Shown in pieces: positions 8,028 to 17,562 of a stretch of 64,000 nucleotides of DNA. Each line of letters starts with the position of its first letter. The stretch's first letter is position 1. The stretch spans positions 1 through 64,000 of IMG/VR virus record IMGVR_UViG_3300032053_000011; one strand, written 5' to 3'. The notes under the pieces were generated by a model. That model was not told the DNA's origin and did not search any database. It worked only from the letters and a program-made list of their open reading frames with translations. The position numbers were made by a program, and so were the translations under genes. Source of the stretch: a virus.

Positions 8028-8582
8028 TCAGCCTTGCGCGCTGGCCAAGGCCTGCGCCGCGCCGACGATCTGTTCGATCGTCGGCGGACCGAACGAGAGA
8101 AGGAGTTCGCGCGACGTAGTGTTCAGTTCGTTGGCGGCAACTCGCTCGAGGATGATCGGAAGATGATGCGCCGGGTACGCCTCCGGCGCCTGAATCCACC
8201 AAGTCAACTCCAGGATCATCTCGCGAAGCGCTGCGCTCCGTAGCTTCTCGAGCTGCTCGCGCACTGGTTTCAGATCGACGGTCCCGGGCGGCTCGCCGAC
8301 CGCGCGCTCAACCGCCGCGATCAGATGCCTCGCGGCAGTCGCATCGTCAGGGTCGCGCAGCGCAACATTCCATACGACGCGATCCACCAGATCCAGCGCG
8401 AAGACCGTTTGCAGTGAGAGTTTCGTGAGTACTCCGCGAAGGAGATTGTTGTTGAGTTGCTTCCAGGATGAGGCGAGGCGTTCCGGCGTCCATGCGACAG
8501 CACAGTGCAGCGGCACCTCCCCATTCATGCGCACCGCCAAGACGACTTCGTTCCAGAGTGCCTCGGCGTCTTGAGTCTTCAT
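8028..8582 (-). CDS. PL/GPPT-motif family paralogue
   Basis: GEVPLHCAV...FGPPTIEQIVGAA. Confidence 0.8.
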   Translation of the reverse strand: MKTQDAEALWNEVVLAVRMNGEVPLHCAVAWTPERLASSWKQLNNNLLRGVLTKLSLQTVFALDLVDRVVWNVALRDPDDATAARHLIAAVERAVGEPPGTVDLKPVREQLEKLRSAALREMILELTWWIQAPEAYPAHHLPIILERVAANELNTTSRELLLSFGPPTIEQIVGAAQALASAQG

Positions 8583-8589
8583 CGGTTCC

Positions 8590-9195
8590 TTACCACTGCT
8601 GTGTCGAGCCAGCCCAGACTTCTGCTGCCGCCAGGATCTGCTCGAGCGTGGGCGGGCCGAAAGACCGCACCATCTTCCAGAGTGTCACGTCGTCGCCACT
8701 CAACAACCGAGCGCTGTCTAGCGCACGAGTGAGCGACGCTGCAACGAGGTTTAGATTGCTTCGAAGACCGATCGGGTAGCGCAGTCGATAGTGCGGATCC
8801 AAGATCCAGGCGACCTCGCGCAACGGCTCTGCTGTCGGGATCATCATGGCTGACATGGTCCTCAGCCGAACCATCCAGTCGCTGTCCCGATTGATCGTTG
8901 GCTCCAAGTACTCCTGATCCATCATGGCGATGACATCAGCGAGGGCCGGATCCGACTCGCCGACCCAATGCACAAGCTGCATCGCCAACGGCTCGTGCCG
9001 CAGCAATACAACGAGCAGTCGGATCATCCGATTGCGCGACTCGTGAGTGCTGAAGTGCCCGCGGTTCGGCGTCAGCGCCCATGCCTCGGCGAGCGTGTCG
9101 TCCGTACAGTTGATGGCGAGGTGCAGCGGGATCTCTCCCGCGACAACGGCCTTCTCGATGTCTTGCCAGAGCTTCACCATTTCCGGCGCTCTCAT
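8590..9195 (-). CDS. PL/GPPT-motif family paralogue
   Basis: GEIPLHLAI...FGPPTLEQILAAAE. Confidence 0.8.
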   Translation of the reverse strand: MRAPEMVKLWQDIEKAVVAGEIPLHLAINCTDDTLAEAWALTPNRGHFSTHESRNRMIRLLVVLLRHEPLAMQLVHWVGESDPALADVIAMMDQEYLEPTINRDSDWMVRLRTMSAMMIPTAEPLREVAWILDPHYRLRYPIGLRSNLNLVAASLTRALDSARLLSGDDVTLWKMVRSFGPPTLEQILAAAEVWAGSTQQW

Positions 9196-9680
9196 CGCCG
9201 TCCGCCGATCGGAAGAATGGTCGCTGCGTAAGCGACTGTCTCATCGAGCGTCGGCGGCCCTGCGGCGAAGATCATCTCCGCAGTGTGTTGGCGATCCAGT
9301 CCCGCGTCTTCGATGCTGCCGAGCATCTCCGAGGTTCCATGGAAAATTCGGCCGAGCGCAAACCAGCCGTGATACTGCGTATGTTTCTGGGGATCATCGA
9401 ACCATGCCTGCCCGATCTGGCAGAACCGCGACCAGTCATGTTGCGTCGCTCGCGCCTCTTCGATGATCGCGTCGGAGAATCCCGCGTTGCGTGCTACCTC
9501 CAGGACCAGTGGTTCGAGCGCCCCAGGTCGTGCGCGCAGCCAACGGACGCGTTCGACGGTGGTGGCGTCATGCCACGTCCTTCGCAATACGCCCCGTGCG
9601 GTGAGTTCAACCGCGAGCGTCAGAGGCACCTCTCCCGTGACTTCGATCGCATCGAGAATCTGTCGCATCCGGCTTTTCAT
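9192..9680 (-). CDS. PL/GPPT-motif family paralogue
   Basis: GEVPLTLAV...AGPPTLDETVAYAA. Confidence 0.8.
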   Translation of the reverse strand: MKSRMRQILDAIEVTGEVPLTLAVELTARGVLRRTWHDATTVERVRWLRARPGALEPLVLEVARNAGFSDAIIEEARATQHDWSRFCQIGQAWFDDPQKHTQYHGWFALGRIFHGTSEMLGSIEDAGLDRQHTAEMIFAAGPPTLDETVAYAATILPIGGRR

Positions 9681-10249
9681 GGCGTGGCCCGGGCGGCAGC
9701 TTGCACCAGTTCATCGAGCGTTGGGGGGCCCGCTGCGCGAATCAATGCATGCCAGTTCTCGCGCCTCTCGGCATCGAGGTCGACGTTGAGGACGACGGAC
9801 AGCGCCGTCCGGCGCCATGATCCGCTGAGCCGCAGAGGAACTCCCGCCAATACGCGAGAGAGGTACCCGAGTCCAAGCCAGCCACGGTAGCCAACCGATT
9901 CACGGCTATGACGCTGGTTCTGAATCCCAACGAGCCTCTCTTCGGATCTCGCGCGCTGCGTGCCAACCGCAGAGAACTCTCCCCAGTTACCCAGTGCCAG
10001 TTGCATGGCCTCATCGGCCTCATCGCGCCTGAGTCCAAAGGCCGCAGTCCAATCATCGATCAGCTCGGACCACACCGGTGCATGTGGCCGTGTGATGGCG
10101 AGGAGCACTGTCCGGTCGAGATCCGACGCGCGCTTGCCCTGCCATGCCGCGTGAAACGCGCCGGGTTCCGCCAGCGCGACAGCCATGTGCAACGGGATCG
10201 TCCCTGACACTGCCGCGTCCGTGATCTCGGAGAGACTGAGGACGGTCAT
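9677..10249 (-). CDS. PL/GPPT-motif family paralogue
   Basis: GTIPLHMAV...AGPPTLDELVQAAA; start at ATGA overlap. Confidence 0.8.
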   Translation of the reverse strand: MTVLSLSEITDAAVSGTIPLHMAVALAEPGAFHAAWQGKRASDLDRTVLLAITRPHAPVWSELIDDWTAAFGLRRDEADEAMQLALGNWGEFSAVGTQRARSEERLVGIQNQRHSRESVGYRGWLGLGYLSRVLAGVPLRLSGSWRRTALSVVLNVDLDAERRENWHALIRAAGPPTLDELVQAAARATP

Positions 10250-10728
10250 CTTGGCCTCGCGACCGCCGCAAGGATCTCCTCGAGCGTCGGCGGGCCGCCA
10301 GCTTTCAGGATTTTGCGAAGCACCGTCGACCGCACCCCGGCCTCGCGGAATCGTTCGATGGCGACATCGGAACTCCATGGCTTGAGGAGGAAAGCGAGCG
10401 CACGAATTCCAACTTCGGCGCGTTGGAATGCACCGGTTGATAGGCCACGAGACAGCATGCGACCCATGTAGTCGATCATGGACCTGTCGGCGTCGAACCA
10501 TGCCGAGAGAGTTTCGAACTCGTCAGTCTGCAACTCCGACGCACGAATGATGGCGTCGACGAGCGGTCGAAGAGCCGCTGGTCGCGTCCAGATCAGCAGC
10601 CAATAGCGATCGGCGTCGTTCGCTTCCGCCCACGCGTGATGGAGTTGCCCCTCGATCTCGACCGCCAGGGCCAAGGGCAACTCTCGGCGTCCGATCGCGC
10701 GGGAGACCGCTGTGATCGCAAGGCTCAT
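10246..10728 (-). CDS. PL/GPPT-motif family paralogue
   Basis: RELPLALAV...GGPPTLEEILAAV. Confidence 0.8.
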   Translation of the reverse strand: MSLAITAVSRAIGRRELPLALAVEIEGQLHHAWAEANDADRYWLLIWTRPAALRPLVDAIIRASELQTDEFETLSAWFDADRSMIDYMGRMLSRGLSTGAFQRAEVGIRALAFLLKPWSSDVAIERFREAGVRSTVLRKILKAGGPPTLEEILAAVARPR

Positions 10729-11219
10729 CGCTCGCCGTTCTCGGCACGCATATGGGCGGCTGCTGCGACGATCTCGGCGATCGTTGGAATGCCCTGTGGC
10801 TGTAGCATCGAATCACGAACAAACTCGTGTGGCACTCCGGCCTGATACATGTCGTAGAGATCCCCGGTGGTCAGCGTCCTGTCTTGTACGCGCGCCGTGC
10901 GGATGAGTTGCCATGCCCACGACGAGGGCATCGATACTCGCAGCATCTCTACGCCAGCTCCACGCGGGAGAGGGTCTCCACGCAAGACGTGCTCGGCGAG
11001 CGTGGGGTTGATCCCCGAGTACAGAGCTGCGAGGCGCGCGCCATCTCGCAGCCTGAAAGCTTGCGGGCGCACGCGGGCTAGCACATCGAACACTCGGTCG
11101 ACGTTCGCCCGGCGCCATGCGCGCGCCAGCCGTCCCGGTGCATCGAGCTCGATCGCGAGCGCCAGTGGGATCTCGCCCTGGTCGATGGCGTCGATGATCT
11201 GCTCGACAAGATTTCTCAT
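10725..11219 (-). CDS. PL/GPPT-motif family paralogue
   Basis: GEIPLALAIELDAP...GIPTIAEIVAAA. Confidence 0.8.
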   Translation of the reverse strand: MRNLVEQIIDAIDQGEIPLALAIELDAPGRLARAWRRANVDRVFDVLARVRPQAFRLRDGARLAALYSGINPTLAEHVLRGDPLPRGAGVEMLRVSMPSSWAWQLIRTARVQDRTLTTGDLYDMYQAGVPHEFVRDSMLQPQGIPTIAEIVAAAAHMRAENGER

Positions 11220-11719
11220 CGGCTGTGAAGCCTCTGCATCCCTGCCGTATGTTCCGCGGCGGCGATGATCTCTGCGATGGTTGGCGGGCCTTCGGGACGG
11301 AGCATCGAATCGAGAATGAAGTCGTCGGGGACGTTCGAACGCCCCAGGTTGTAGAGCGTGCGCGCACTCGGCATGGTGTTCACCATGGCCTCCTTGATGA
11401 CCTCCCACGCCCAGAACCGCGGCGATGATGGCCGAAGCTGCGCCACGCTCTCGGGGATCGGTTGGTGATCGCGCAGGACCGCTTCGATGGTCCGAGAATC
11501 GATTCCCGCGAAATAGGCAGCGCTACGCGCCCAGCGCTGGATCTTCATGCGGTGGCGACGCGTACGCAGGAGCATCTCGAAGAGAACGTGCGGCTCCTTC
11601 ATCTGGTCCCACGCACGCGCCAGACCATGCGGCGCATCGAGCTCGATGGCGAGTGCGAGCGGAATCTCGCCCCTGTCGATCGCATCGATGGCTCGCACCA
11701 GCAGGGATACGCGGCTCAT
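11216..11719 (-). CDS. PL/GPPT-motif family paralogue
   Basis: GEIPLALAIELDAP...EGPPTIAEIIAAAE; closest relative of previous gene. Confidence 0.8.
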   Translation of the reverse strand: MSRVSLLVRAIDAIDRGEIPLALAIELDAPHGLARAWDQMKEPHVLFEMLLRTRRHRMKIQRWARSAAYFAGIDSRTIEAVLRDHQPIPESVAQLRPSSPRFWAWEVIKEAMVNTMPSARTLYNLGRSNVPDDFILDSMLRPEGPPTIAEIIAAAEHTAGMQRLHSR

Positions 11720-12231
11720 CGATAACCTTCGGCCGCCCGCACCGCGTCCGCCAGGGTCGGCGCGCCAGCGGCGCGAAGGATCGAGAGAAGGCGTTGACCA
11801 TTGATCACGCCCTCCCTCAACAACCCCTCTCGCTCCATCCAGGCCAGTGGCAGCTCGTCCCAACTGAGAAGTTTGTTGATGACGCCGCTACCCTGTTGTT
11901 CAAGCGTGTCGCGGATGCGCGTATTGACGTATGACCGCCATCGGTGACTGCCCTCGACTATATCGTTGACGGTCTCCAGATAGATCAACGGCACGCCAGT
12001 CCCGGTGGCGATCTCGCGCGCCAACGGCAGCATGGCCTCCTTTGGATGTGTTCGCACAAGCATCTCGTGCAGGACGCGAGGATCCTCGCATCGATCCCAC
12101 TCCTCATGCATGCGCTCATCCGTCATATGCACGGCCAGATGCAGCGGGATCTCATGCGCATCGATCGCGTCCATGATGTTCGACAGGAACATGCACCGCG
12201 ACATGACCATGCTGAACATGCCATCGGTCAC
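11716..12231 (-). CDS. PL/GPPT-motif family paralogue
   Basis: HEIPLHLAV...AGAPTLADAVRAAE; GTGA overlap start (uncertain). Confidence 0.75.
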   Translation of the reverse strand: MTDGMFSMVMSRCMFLSNIMDAIDAHEIPLHLAVHMTDERMHEEWDRCEDPRVLHEMLVRTHPKEAMLPLAREIATGTGVPLIYLETVNDIVEGSHRWRSYVNTRIRDTLEQQGSGVINKLLSWDELPLAWMEREGLLREGVINGQRLLSILRAAGAPTLADAVRAAEGYR

Positions 12232-12821
12232 TGCGGCCAGCTCTCTGCCGCCGCGACGATCTCGAGCATCGACCGCGGCGCCAAGGCCTCGCCCTGATCT
12301 TTCTGTGAGCTCACTGGCGAGCCACAGTGTTCCAGTACGCGCGCGGCTGTCCTGGTCAGCGTCAGAAGCGCGCGCTGCCGGTCGAGCGAAAGGTCTCCGC
12401 CCGATGGCGATGTCGCGCGATTCCAGATTAGGACATGCACGACATTCCACATCGCGCTGATCGCCATCCGATCGCAACCGTCGCTTCGTCGGCTCTGTCG
12501 AGTGAGGTCCTCGGTCAGATCAGGCAGATTGATCGAGAGTGGGGTCATGACCTCGAGTTGGACCTCTTGCGCCACACGGCCGAGAAATTCTGCGGTGACC
12601 GGCTCGAGTCCCGGCAGATCCGCCAGTAGATGCGCAACCCTGACCGCGAGAGCGGCGTCGCGGCCCAGCGCCACGAGCATGAGCATCTGGATCGCTGGTC
12701 CCGACTCGCGCCAGCCCTCGAGCAGCCGAGCCTCATCAAGCTCCACGGCCATGTGCAACGGAATGTTGCCCGGCCCGAGCATGATCCGATCGACGAGGTC
12801 GGTGTACCAGGGTGTCGCCAT
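12228..12821 (-). CDS. PL/GPPT-motif family paralogue (divergent C-motif)
   Basis: GNIPLHMAV...APRSMLEIVAAAESW. Confidence 0.75.
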   Translation of the reverse strand: MATPWYTDLVDRIMLGPGNIPLHMAVELDEARLLEGWRESGPAIQMLMLVALGRDAALAVRVAHLLADLPGLEPVTAEFLGRVAQEVQLEVMTPLSINLPDLTEDLTRQSRRSDGCDRMAISAMWNVVHVLIWNRATSPSGGDLSLDRQRALLTLTRTAARVLEHCGSPVSSQKDQGEALAPRSMLEIVAAAESWPQ

Positions 12822-12823
12822 GA

Positions 12824-13447
12824 TCAGTCGTGCAGCATTCGTGGCGCGGGCGGCGCCGAGGCCATGAAGGTCTCGAGCGCGGTCCGCAACCATTGCGCAA
12901 CCTCCCGCTCCGCAGCTTCGGGCGACATCCGCTCGCCCAGGCAGCCTTCCAACAGCGCCTCGCAGATCGTCTCCAACTGGTTGACTGTCTCTCGTGCGAG
13001 ATGCTCATCGTCATCGGTCTGTTGCTCGACGCCGGTGATGAGCCAGTACACGCCGCTCGCGAACGTCCAGGTTGCGTATGTACGCGGCGCGGAACCAGAC
13101 AACTGCGCCTCGAGGTCGCCCACGAGTTCCTGCATCTGATCGGCAGCCTTCGTCACCATGCGCCGCGGAACTTTGCCGCCCGTCGCCAGCTTGAGCGGGA
13201 TACCGATGGCGGTTCCAACCCGCTCAGCGAGATCGTCGCCGACACAACTCATCTCTCTGAGAAAGAGCATCGCCATCGCCCCGCGCAACATCGTCGGGTC
13301 CATCTTGCGGATGTACTGGAGGAACTCGAACATCGCGTACGGATCCCGGGAATGACTCCAGGCCCACTGCGCATATGTCAGGTCCGGCTGTTCGCCGTGG
13401 GCAGCGCGCACGAGCAATTCGCGCATCGGATCTGAGATGGAAGCCAT
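12824..13447 (-). CDS. helical hypothetical protein, probable distant family member
   Basis: GEQPDLTYA..AW..S.DPYAM resembles family N-region; TACGGT -10-like element 6 nt upstream of ATG. Confidence 0.6.
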   Translation of the reverse strand: MASISDPMRELLVRAAHGEQPDLTYAQWAWSHSRDPYAMFEFLQYIRKMDPTMLRGAMAMLFLREMSCVGDDLAERVGTAIGIPLKLATGGKVPRRMVTKAADQMQELVGDLEAQLSGSAPRTYATWTFASGVYWLITGVEQQTDDDEHLARETVNQLETICEALLEGCLGERMSPEAAEREVAQWLRTALETFMASAPPAPRMLHD

Positions 13448-13484
13448 GTGGTTACCGTATCATCGGTGTCGTGGGCTCGCGACT

Positions 13485-14171
13485 TTACGGTGGCTCTTGG
13501 GTCAGCCGGACTGCGGCGCCGATGATCTCCGCTGGCGTTGGCGGACCGATCGAGGCGAGAAACGTCTGAAAGTTCTGCTCGATCTCCGCTACGAAGGCCT
13601 CTGCTGCGAAGTCCTGTCCAGGGCGGAGACGACTCTGGATGCCGACGCGCAACGCTCGCATCAGCATCGTGACGCCATGATCGGTGTCGTAGCCGTCCTG
13701 GATGCCCCCCACTGCGTCACCGAGTGCAAAGATGATCCAACTCGAGTTCCATGGCTCGCGATTCAACTCACGAAGATCCGAGACGAAGCTCTCGATGGAG
13801 CGCGGTTCCATCTCGCCTGCCAGCACGGCTTTCGTCGTCTTCAACCCTGTGCGCAGGCGTTCCCACACGCGAGCATCGAGGTCGTCTTTCAGAGTGCCGA
13901 CGTTCTTGGCCATCAACGTCAGCACGGCCTCCGCGAAATGGCGCGGGCGTGTATGGAAGATGATCGCGTTGCGAATACTCGCGGTACCGATGAGATTCCA
14001 TTGGAATGCGATCGTCGTCGCACAGAGCGTCTTCACTGTCTTGTTGCTGGCTCGCCCCCATGCATGCTCCAGCGCGTCGGGCGTCATCTGTACCGCGAGG
14101 TGGAGAGGGATGGGTTCCAAGCCATCAAAGCAGGAAGCGATGGCTTCCAGAATGGTCGGCGGCGCCGTCAT
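13485..14171 (-). CDS. PL/GPPT-motif family paralogue
   Basis: EPIPLHLAV...IGPPTPAEIIGAA. Confidence 0.8.
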   Translation of the reverse strand: MTAPPTILEAIASCFDGLEPIPLHLAVQMTPDALEHAWGRASNKTVKTLCATTIAFQWNLIGTASIRNAIIFHTRPRHFAEAVLTLMAKNVGTLKDDLDARVWERLRTGLKTTKAVLAGEMEPRSIESFVSDLRELNREPWNSSWIIFALGDAVGGIQDGYDTDHGVTMLMRALRVGIQSRLRPGQDFAAEAFVAEIEQNFQTFLASIGPPTPAEIIGAAVRLTQEPP

Positions 14172-14770
14172 GGTTGCATTCGCTGGATGACGCCGAGAAT
14201 CTCTTCGAGGGTCGGCGGGCCGAATGGCCGGATCATCTGTTCGACGCGCGTTTTGAGGTTCTGCCGGGTCATGGCTGAACGCCAGATCGCCGCCATCGCG
14301 CTCCATCCGGCGCTGTTGATATCGTCGTCAACAAGGACAGATAGCACGCTGTCGATGGCCTCTTCCACTGCGTGGATAGCCGCGGGTCGTCCATCCCTTC
14401 CGAGCCCTTCCTCACGACGTTTGGCGTAGAAGTTCTGGTGCAGCGCTATGAGACGCTCCATTCGGCTCAGCACTTCCTTGCTGTCGACGGATCCACGGTG
14501 GTTCCAGACTTCAAGCGCCAACGGCATGGAGTCACGCGCCATTGCCGCAAGATCATCGCTCAGAAGATCGATCATCTCGAAGGCGATCTCGAGTGCGGGC
14601 CGCACCAACGTTGCACCTCTGGTGTACGCCAGAAGCTCGAGCATCGTCTCGTCATCATAGCGTGCGGCATCCCACGCTTGTCCCAGCGCGTCGGGCGTTG
14701 CTTCCACCGCAAGATGCAGGGGAAGCGCCCCGTTCTTGAGGGCCTGCAAGAGTTCGTTGAGCAACGGCAC
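14168..14770 (-). CDS. PL/GPPT-motif family paralogue
   Basis: GALPLHLAV...FGPPTLEEILG. Confidence 0.8.
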   Translation of the reverse strand: MPLLNELLQALKNGALPLHLAVEATPDALGQAWDAARYDDETMLELLAYTRGATLVRPALEIAFEMIDLLSDDLAAMARDSMPLALEVWNHRGSVDSKEVLSRMERLIALHQNFYAKRREEGLGRDGRPAAIHAVEEAIDSVLSVLVDDDINSAGWSAMAAIWRSAMTRQNLKTRVEQMIRPFGPPTLEEILGVIQRMQP

Positions 14771-14818
14771 AGGCCCATCCTACGGCCGCACCACTCGGCG
14801 GCGCCACTTCGGGGCAGA

Positions 14819-15388
14819 TCAGTCATCCTTCTCGACCGCGGCGGCGAGCATCACGCGCACTTTGTCGAGCTCGGCCCGGGTGTGCGGCGTGCCGCCAGCG
14901 TTGATGCTGAGATAGAGCTCGAGCAGCTCTTTCTTCGATGCCAGCGTGCAGACGCGCCATCGGAGAGTGCACTTGTGCATCCGCATGTTGCCCTTGAACT
15001 CGGATGCGAGGTACCCGACGCCGCCAGGGTCGCGTGACGCGAAGATTGGCAACTCGCTACGCATGAACGTCCGCACCGCTTGCAAGCGCTGCTTCCCATC
15101 CACGATGGTGTACGAGCCGGGCGGCGCGATGGCGCAGCGATCCCACAGCGTGTGGTTGAAGGTGAGGTTCTTCCCAACTTCGCCGCCACGCAGGATGTAC
15201 TCGACGTAACGGATCTGCTGTTCGCGTGTCCAGACGTGCGCGCGCTGGAACTCTGGTTCCAGATCGAGGCCATCCGCGATCGCCGTTTCGATCTGCGTCT
15301 CCAAGTAGTTCCAGCCAACGTCGATCTCGTAGCTCGCTCGCGGGAACTGCGGGACATCATTCCAGTCCAGACTCGGCTTCGCGCTCAT
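14819..15388 (-). CDS. DUF262 (ParB/GmrS-like) domain protein
   Basis: PEFQRAHVW...IVDGKQRL...INAGGTPH motifs. Confidence 0.8.
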   Translation of the reverse strand: MSAKPSLDWNDVPQFPRASYEIDVGWNYLETQIETAIADGLDLEPEFQRAHVWTREQQIRYVEYILRGGEVGKNLTFNHTLWDRCAIAPPGSYTIVDGKQRLQAVRTFMRSELPIFASRDPGGVGYLASEFKGNMRMHKCTLRWRVCTLASKKELLELYLSINAGGTPHTRAELDKVRVMLAAAVEKDD

Positions 15389-15394
15389 GCCATG

Positions 15395-15423
15395 ACGCTA
15401 GCGCGTGGCTAGCACCGTGTCAA
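15395..15423 (-). promoter_or_regulatory. GCTAGC-box sigma70-like promoter (leaderless)
   Basis: TTGACA-17bp-TAGCGT, 6 nt to ATG at 15388; two GCTAGC boxes. Confidence 0.75.
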
Positions 15424-15625
15424 CGCTTCCGCGCGTCGCATTCTGCGGCGACTCGCGCGCGCATTGCCGCGGTCGGCTTGTTCTTCCCGCCGTTGTTCTT
15501 GCGGCCGTCGCGCTTCAACGCCTTGGCAGATGGCGGATCACCGGCGCCAGCACACCAACGGCACTGGCGCATGCGTCCCCGGGTAGCGCCACGGACGAAC
15601 AAGCAGCAGCCGCACGTTTCAGTCT

Positions 15626-16105
15626 TCACTCGGGCTCGGGCGGTGAGAGTAGCGCGCGGATACCGAACGACGCATAGAACGCATGTGCTGCGTCGGTGGC
15701 CGCATAGGTCCGCAACGTCTTCGGATCGATGCCGTTGCTCTGCGCGAAGGCGAGCAGCGCGCGAATGAGCGTGGTTCCGATCCCTGCGCGCCGGAGCAGT
15801 GGGTCTACGAAGATACCGACATCGACACGATTCGCGCGTGGTGCAAGGTACGCCCAACCGAGAACGGCTTCGCTTTCTCGGGAAGCGACGAAGACTGTGG
15901 TCGCCCGGTCGTACATGAGAACGGCGAGCATCTCGGACTCGTCCTGGCCGAGGGTGAGCTTCTCGAGCCGCGCGAGCAGCGCCGGGTCGTGGCGGACCTC
16001 GGCGACGGGCATGATCCGCACGAATGCCGTGCGCCGTGCTGGCTTGCGGGTTCGAGCACGACGCACTTTCTTTCGACCCATCGTGCGGACGACAGTGCGC
16101 GCCAC
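15626..16105 (-). CDS. GNAT-family acetyltransferase
   Basis: FVDPLLRRAGIGTTL motif A and AHAFYASFG; start uncertain. Confidence 0.75.
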   Translation of the reverse strand: MARTVVRTMGRKKVRRARTRKPARRTAFVRIMPVAEVRHDPALLARLEKLTLGQDESEMLAVLMYDRATTVFVASRESEAVLGWAYLAPRANRVDVGIFVDPLLRRAGIGTTLIRALLAFAQSNGIDPKTLRTYAATDAAHAFYASFGIRALLSPPEPE

Positions 16106-16134
16106 GCCTTTGCGCTGTCAAGACATCGAGGCAC

Positions 16135-16480
16135 TCAGTCGCTCTCCCCGATGCCGTCTCGCATGCCGATGGCTTCCCATTCACATCGCTCGGAACATGC
16201 CATCCGGCAGGAGCCAAGCCACGGCAGCCTGATCGTCCATGCCTCGTTCTTTTGATGGGGTATTCCCCAGCGACTGCGTCGTCCGCACACCGCGCAGAGC
16301 GTGATGTCGCGGCGCCGGTCGAACGTCAGACGCCCTCCCGCGTCCTCGATCAGCGCGAGAAGCTCCGACACATCATCGCTGAAGCTTGTCTGACTCGAAC
16401 CTTCGAGCACATCTGGCGTCCAGAGACTCGCTTCCTCGCGTTCGGCTTCGTTCGCTTCCGGCGTCAGACCTCGTGTCCAT
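16135..16480 (-). CDS. hypothetical Cys-rich protein
   Basis: CAVCG and CRMACSERC; MPTW start downstream of tRNA (approximate). Confidence 0.45.
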
Positions 16481-16505
16481 GTCGGCATTTCGGTATCCTG
16501 TCTCC

Positions 16506-16580
16506 TGGCGCTCCGTGCAGGACTCGAACCCGCGTAATCCCAGGTTAGAGCTGGGCGCTTTTCCACTCAGCCAACGGAGC
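16506..16580 (-). tRNA. amber suppressor tRNA (anticodon CUA)
   Basis: GCTCCGT/ACGGAGC acceptor, G73, CCA; CCCAG-CTCTAAC-CTGGG anticodon arm; GCGGG-TTCGAGT-CCTGC T arm. Confidence 0.85.
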
Positions 16581-16618
16581 AATCGAGCGGTGCACGCATG
16601 TGCGCGCACCGCATCCGG

Positions 16619-16990
16619 TCATGCCGCTCGGACGGCGTTCGCCTCCTTGAGTGCCCGCGGCAGGGACCGGCACAAGCGCCGCGACGCATTCGATGGCTCG
16701 AGGGCAAGTGCGGTGCAGGACCGGTCATAGCCGGGCGCGAGATCGCCGATGTCCGGCTCGTGGAAGATCGAGTGAGCGATCCCCGCATCGCGCGCTGCGA
16801 CGCACAGCGCTGACAGTGCGTCGCCGTCGGGCACCGAGAGCACGGCCAGCGTATTCGATTCCGTGAACCATGCCCGCTCGAGCGCGGAGTACTCCTCTGC
16901 GAACTGACGCGCGGCGTGCATGGCCTGCGTGATCTGGAGACCGGGGTCGAGACACCCGGCGACCACGACGTAGAGCTTGGCGGGCTTCAC
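16619..16990 (-). CDS. peptidyl-tRNA hydrolase 2-like (PTH2 fold) protein
   Basis: KLYVVV..L..G.Q..QA.HA, N-T-L-A-V-L, F.EPD, TALAL.P pattern of phage PTH2-like proteins. Confidence 0.75.
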   Translation of the reverse strand: MKPAKLYVVVAGCLDPGLQITQAMHAARQFAEEYSALERAWFTESNTLAVLSVPDGDALSALCVAARDAGIAHSIFHEPDIGDLAPGYDRSCTALALEPSNASRRLCRSLPRALKEANAVRAA

Positions 16991-17562
16991 GGCCCACCCC
17001 GCATGACCGCGATCTCGGCCTCGCGCGCGGCGATCGCGATGTCGGTTAGCTCATGGCGCCGGTCTGCCAGATCATCCTGCGCCCGCTTGAGCGCATCCGC
17101 TGCCGTGCGCGCTCGCTCGAGAGTGGCCTTGTGCTCGGCAGCCGCCTTGGCTCTCTCGGTGTTGGCGGCCGTTCTGGATGCGAACGCCGCCGCGAAGGCT
17201 GTGCGTTCCTCTTCAGTGAGCGTCGAACTCCAGGTGATCTCGTTGACGTCCTTGGCCTCGCCGTGTTCGTGATCTGCGACCTGTTCCGCCATCTCCTCGA
17301 TCGTCGCCGCTTCGAGGTTCTCCGAGCCCTCGCGTCCGTGGCAGTGACAGCCATTCCACCAACTCACGGTGAGTCGGTACGTAGGACTCCCCCAGTTCGT
17401 GCTCGCGTCTCGAAAGAGCATCCGTGCTTCGCGGATCAGGAGATCGCGGGCGGCGTCATTGAACTCCGCTTCCTCCGCATTGATGATGCGCAGCTCTGCG
17501 AACAGCGCTGCGATCCGCACTGTCGCCGGAGCATCGTCGGCGCTCATGGCCTCGCCGCTCAT
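16987..17562 (-). CDS. hypothetical protein with C-terminal coiled coil
   Basis: Coupled ORF (ATGA/GTGA overlaps). Confidence 0.55.
   Translation of the reverse strand: MSGEAMSADDAPATVRIAALFAELRIINAEEAEFNDAARDLLIREARMLFRDASTNWGSPTYRLTVSWWNGCHCHGREGSENLEAATIEEMAEQVADHEHGEAKDVNEITWSSTLTEEERTAFAAAFASRTAANTERAKAAAEHKATLERARTAADALKRAQDDLADRRHELTDIAIAAREAEIAVMRGGP

Noticed and set aside
7380-14770. Diversity-generating retroelement or CRISPR array explaining the recurring GPPT-encoding DNA
   Set aside because: The repeats are degenerate, in-frame coding motifs spaced about 500-700 bp apart. No reverse transcriptase, TR/VR pair with A-specific mismatches, or cas genes are seen in the window.
16506-16580. 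tRNA-Pyl
   Set aside because: It has a canonical D-loop GG, TTCGA T loop, 5-bp anticodon stem and 5-nt variable loop, unlike tRNA-Pyl, and no pyl genes are visible.
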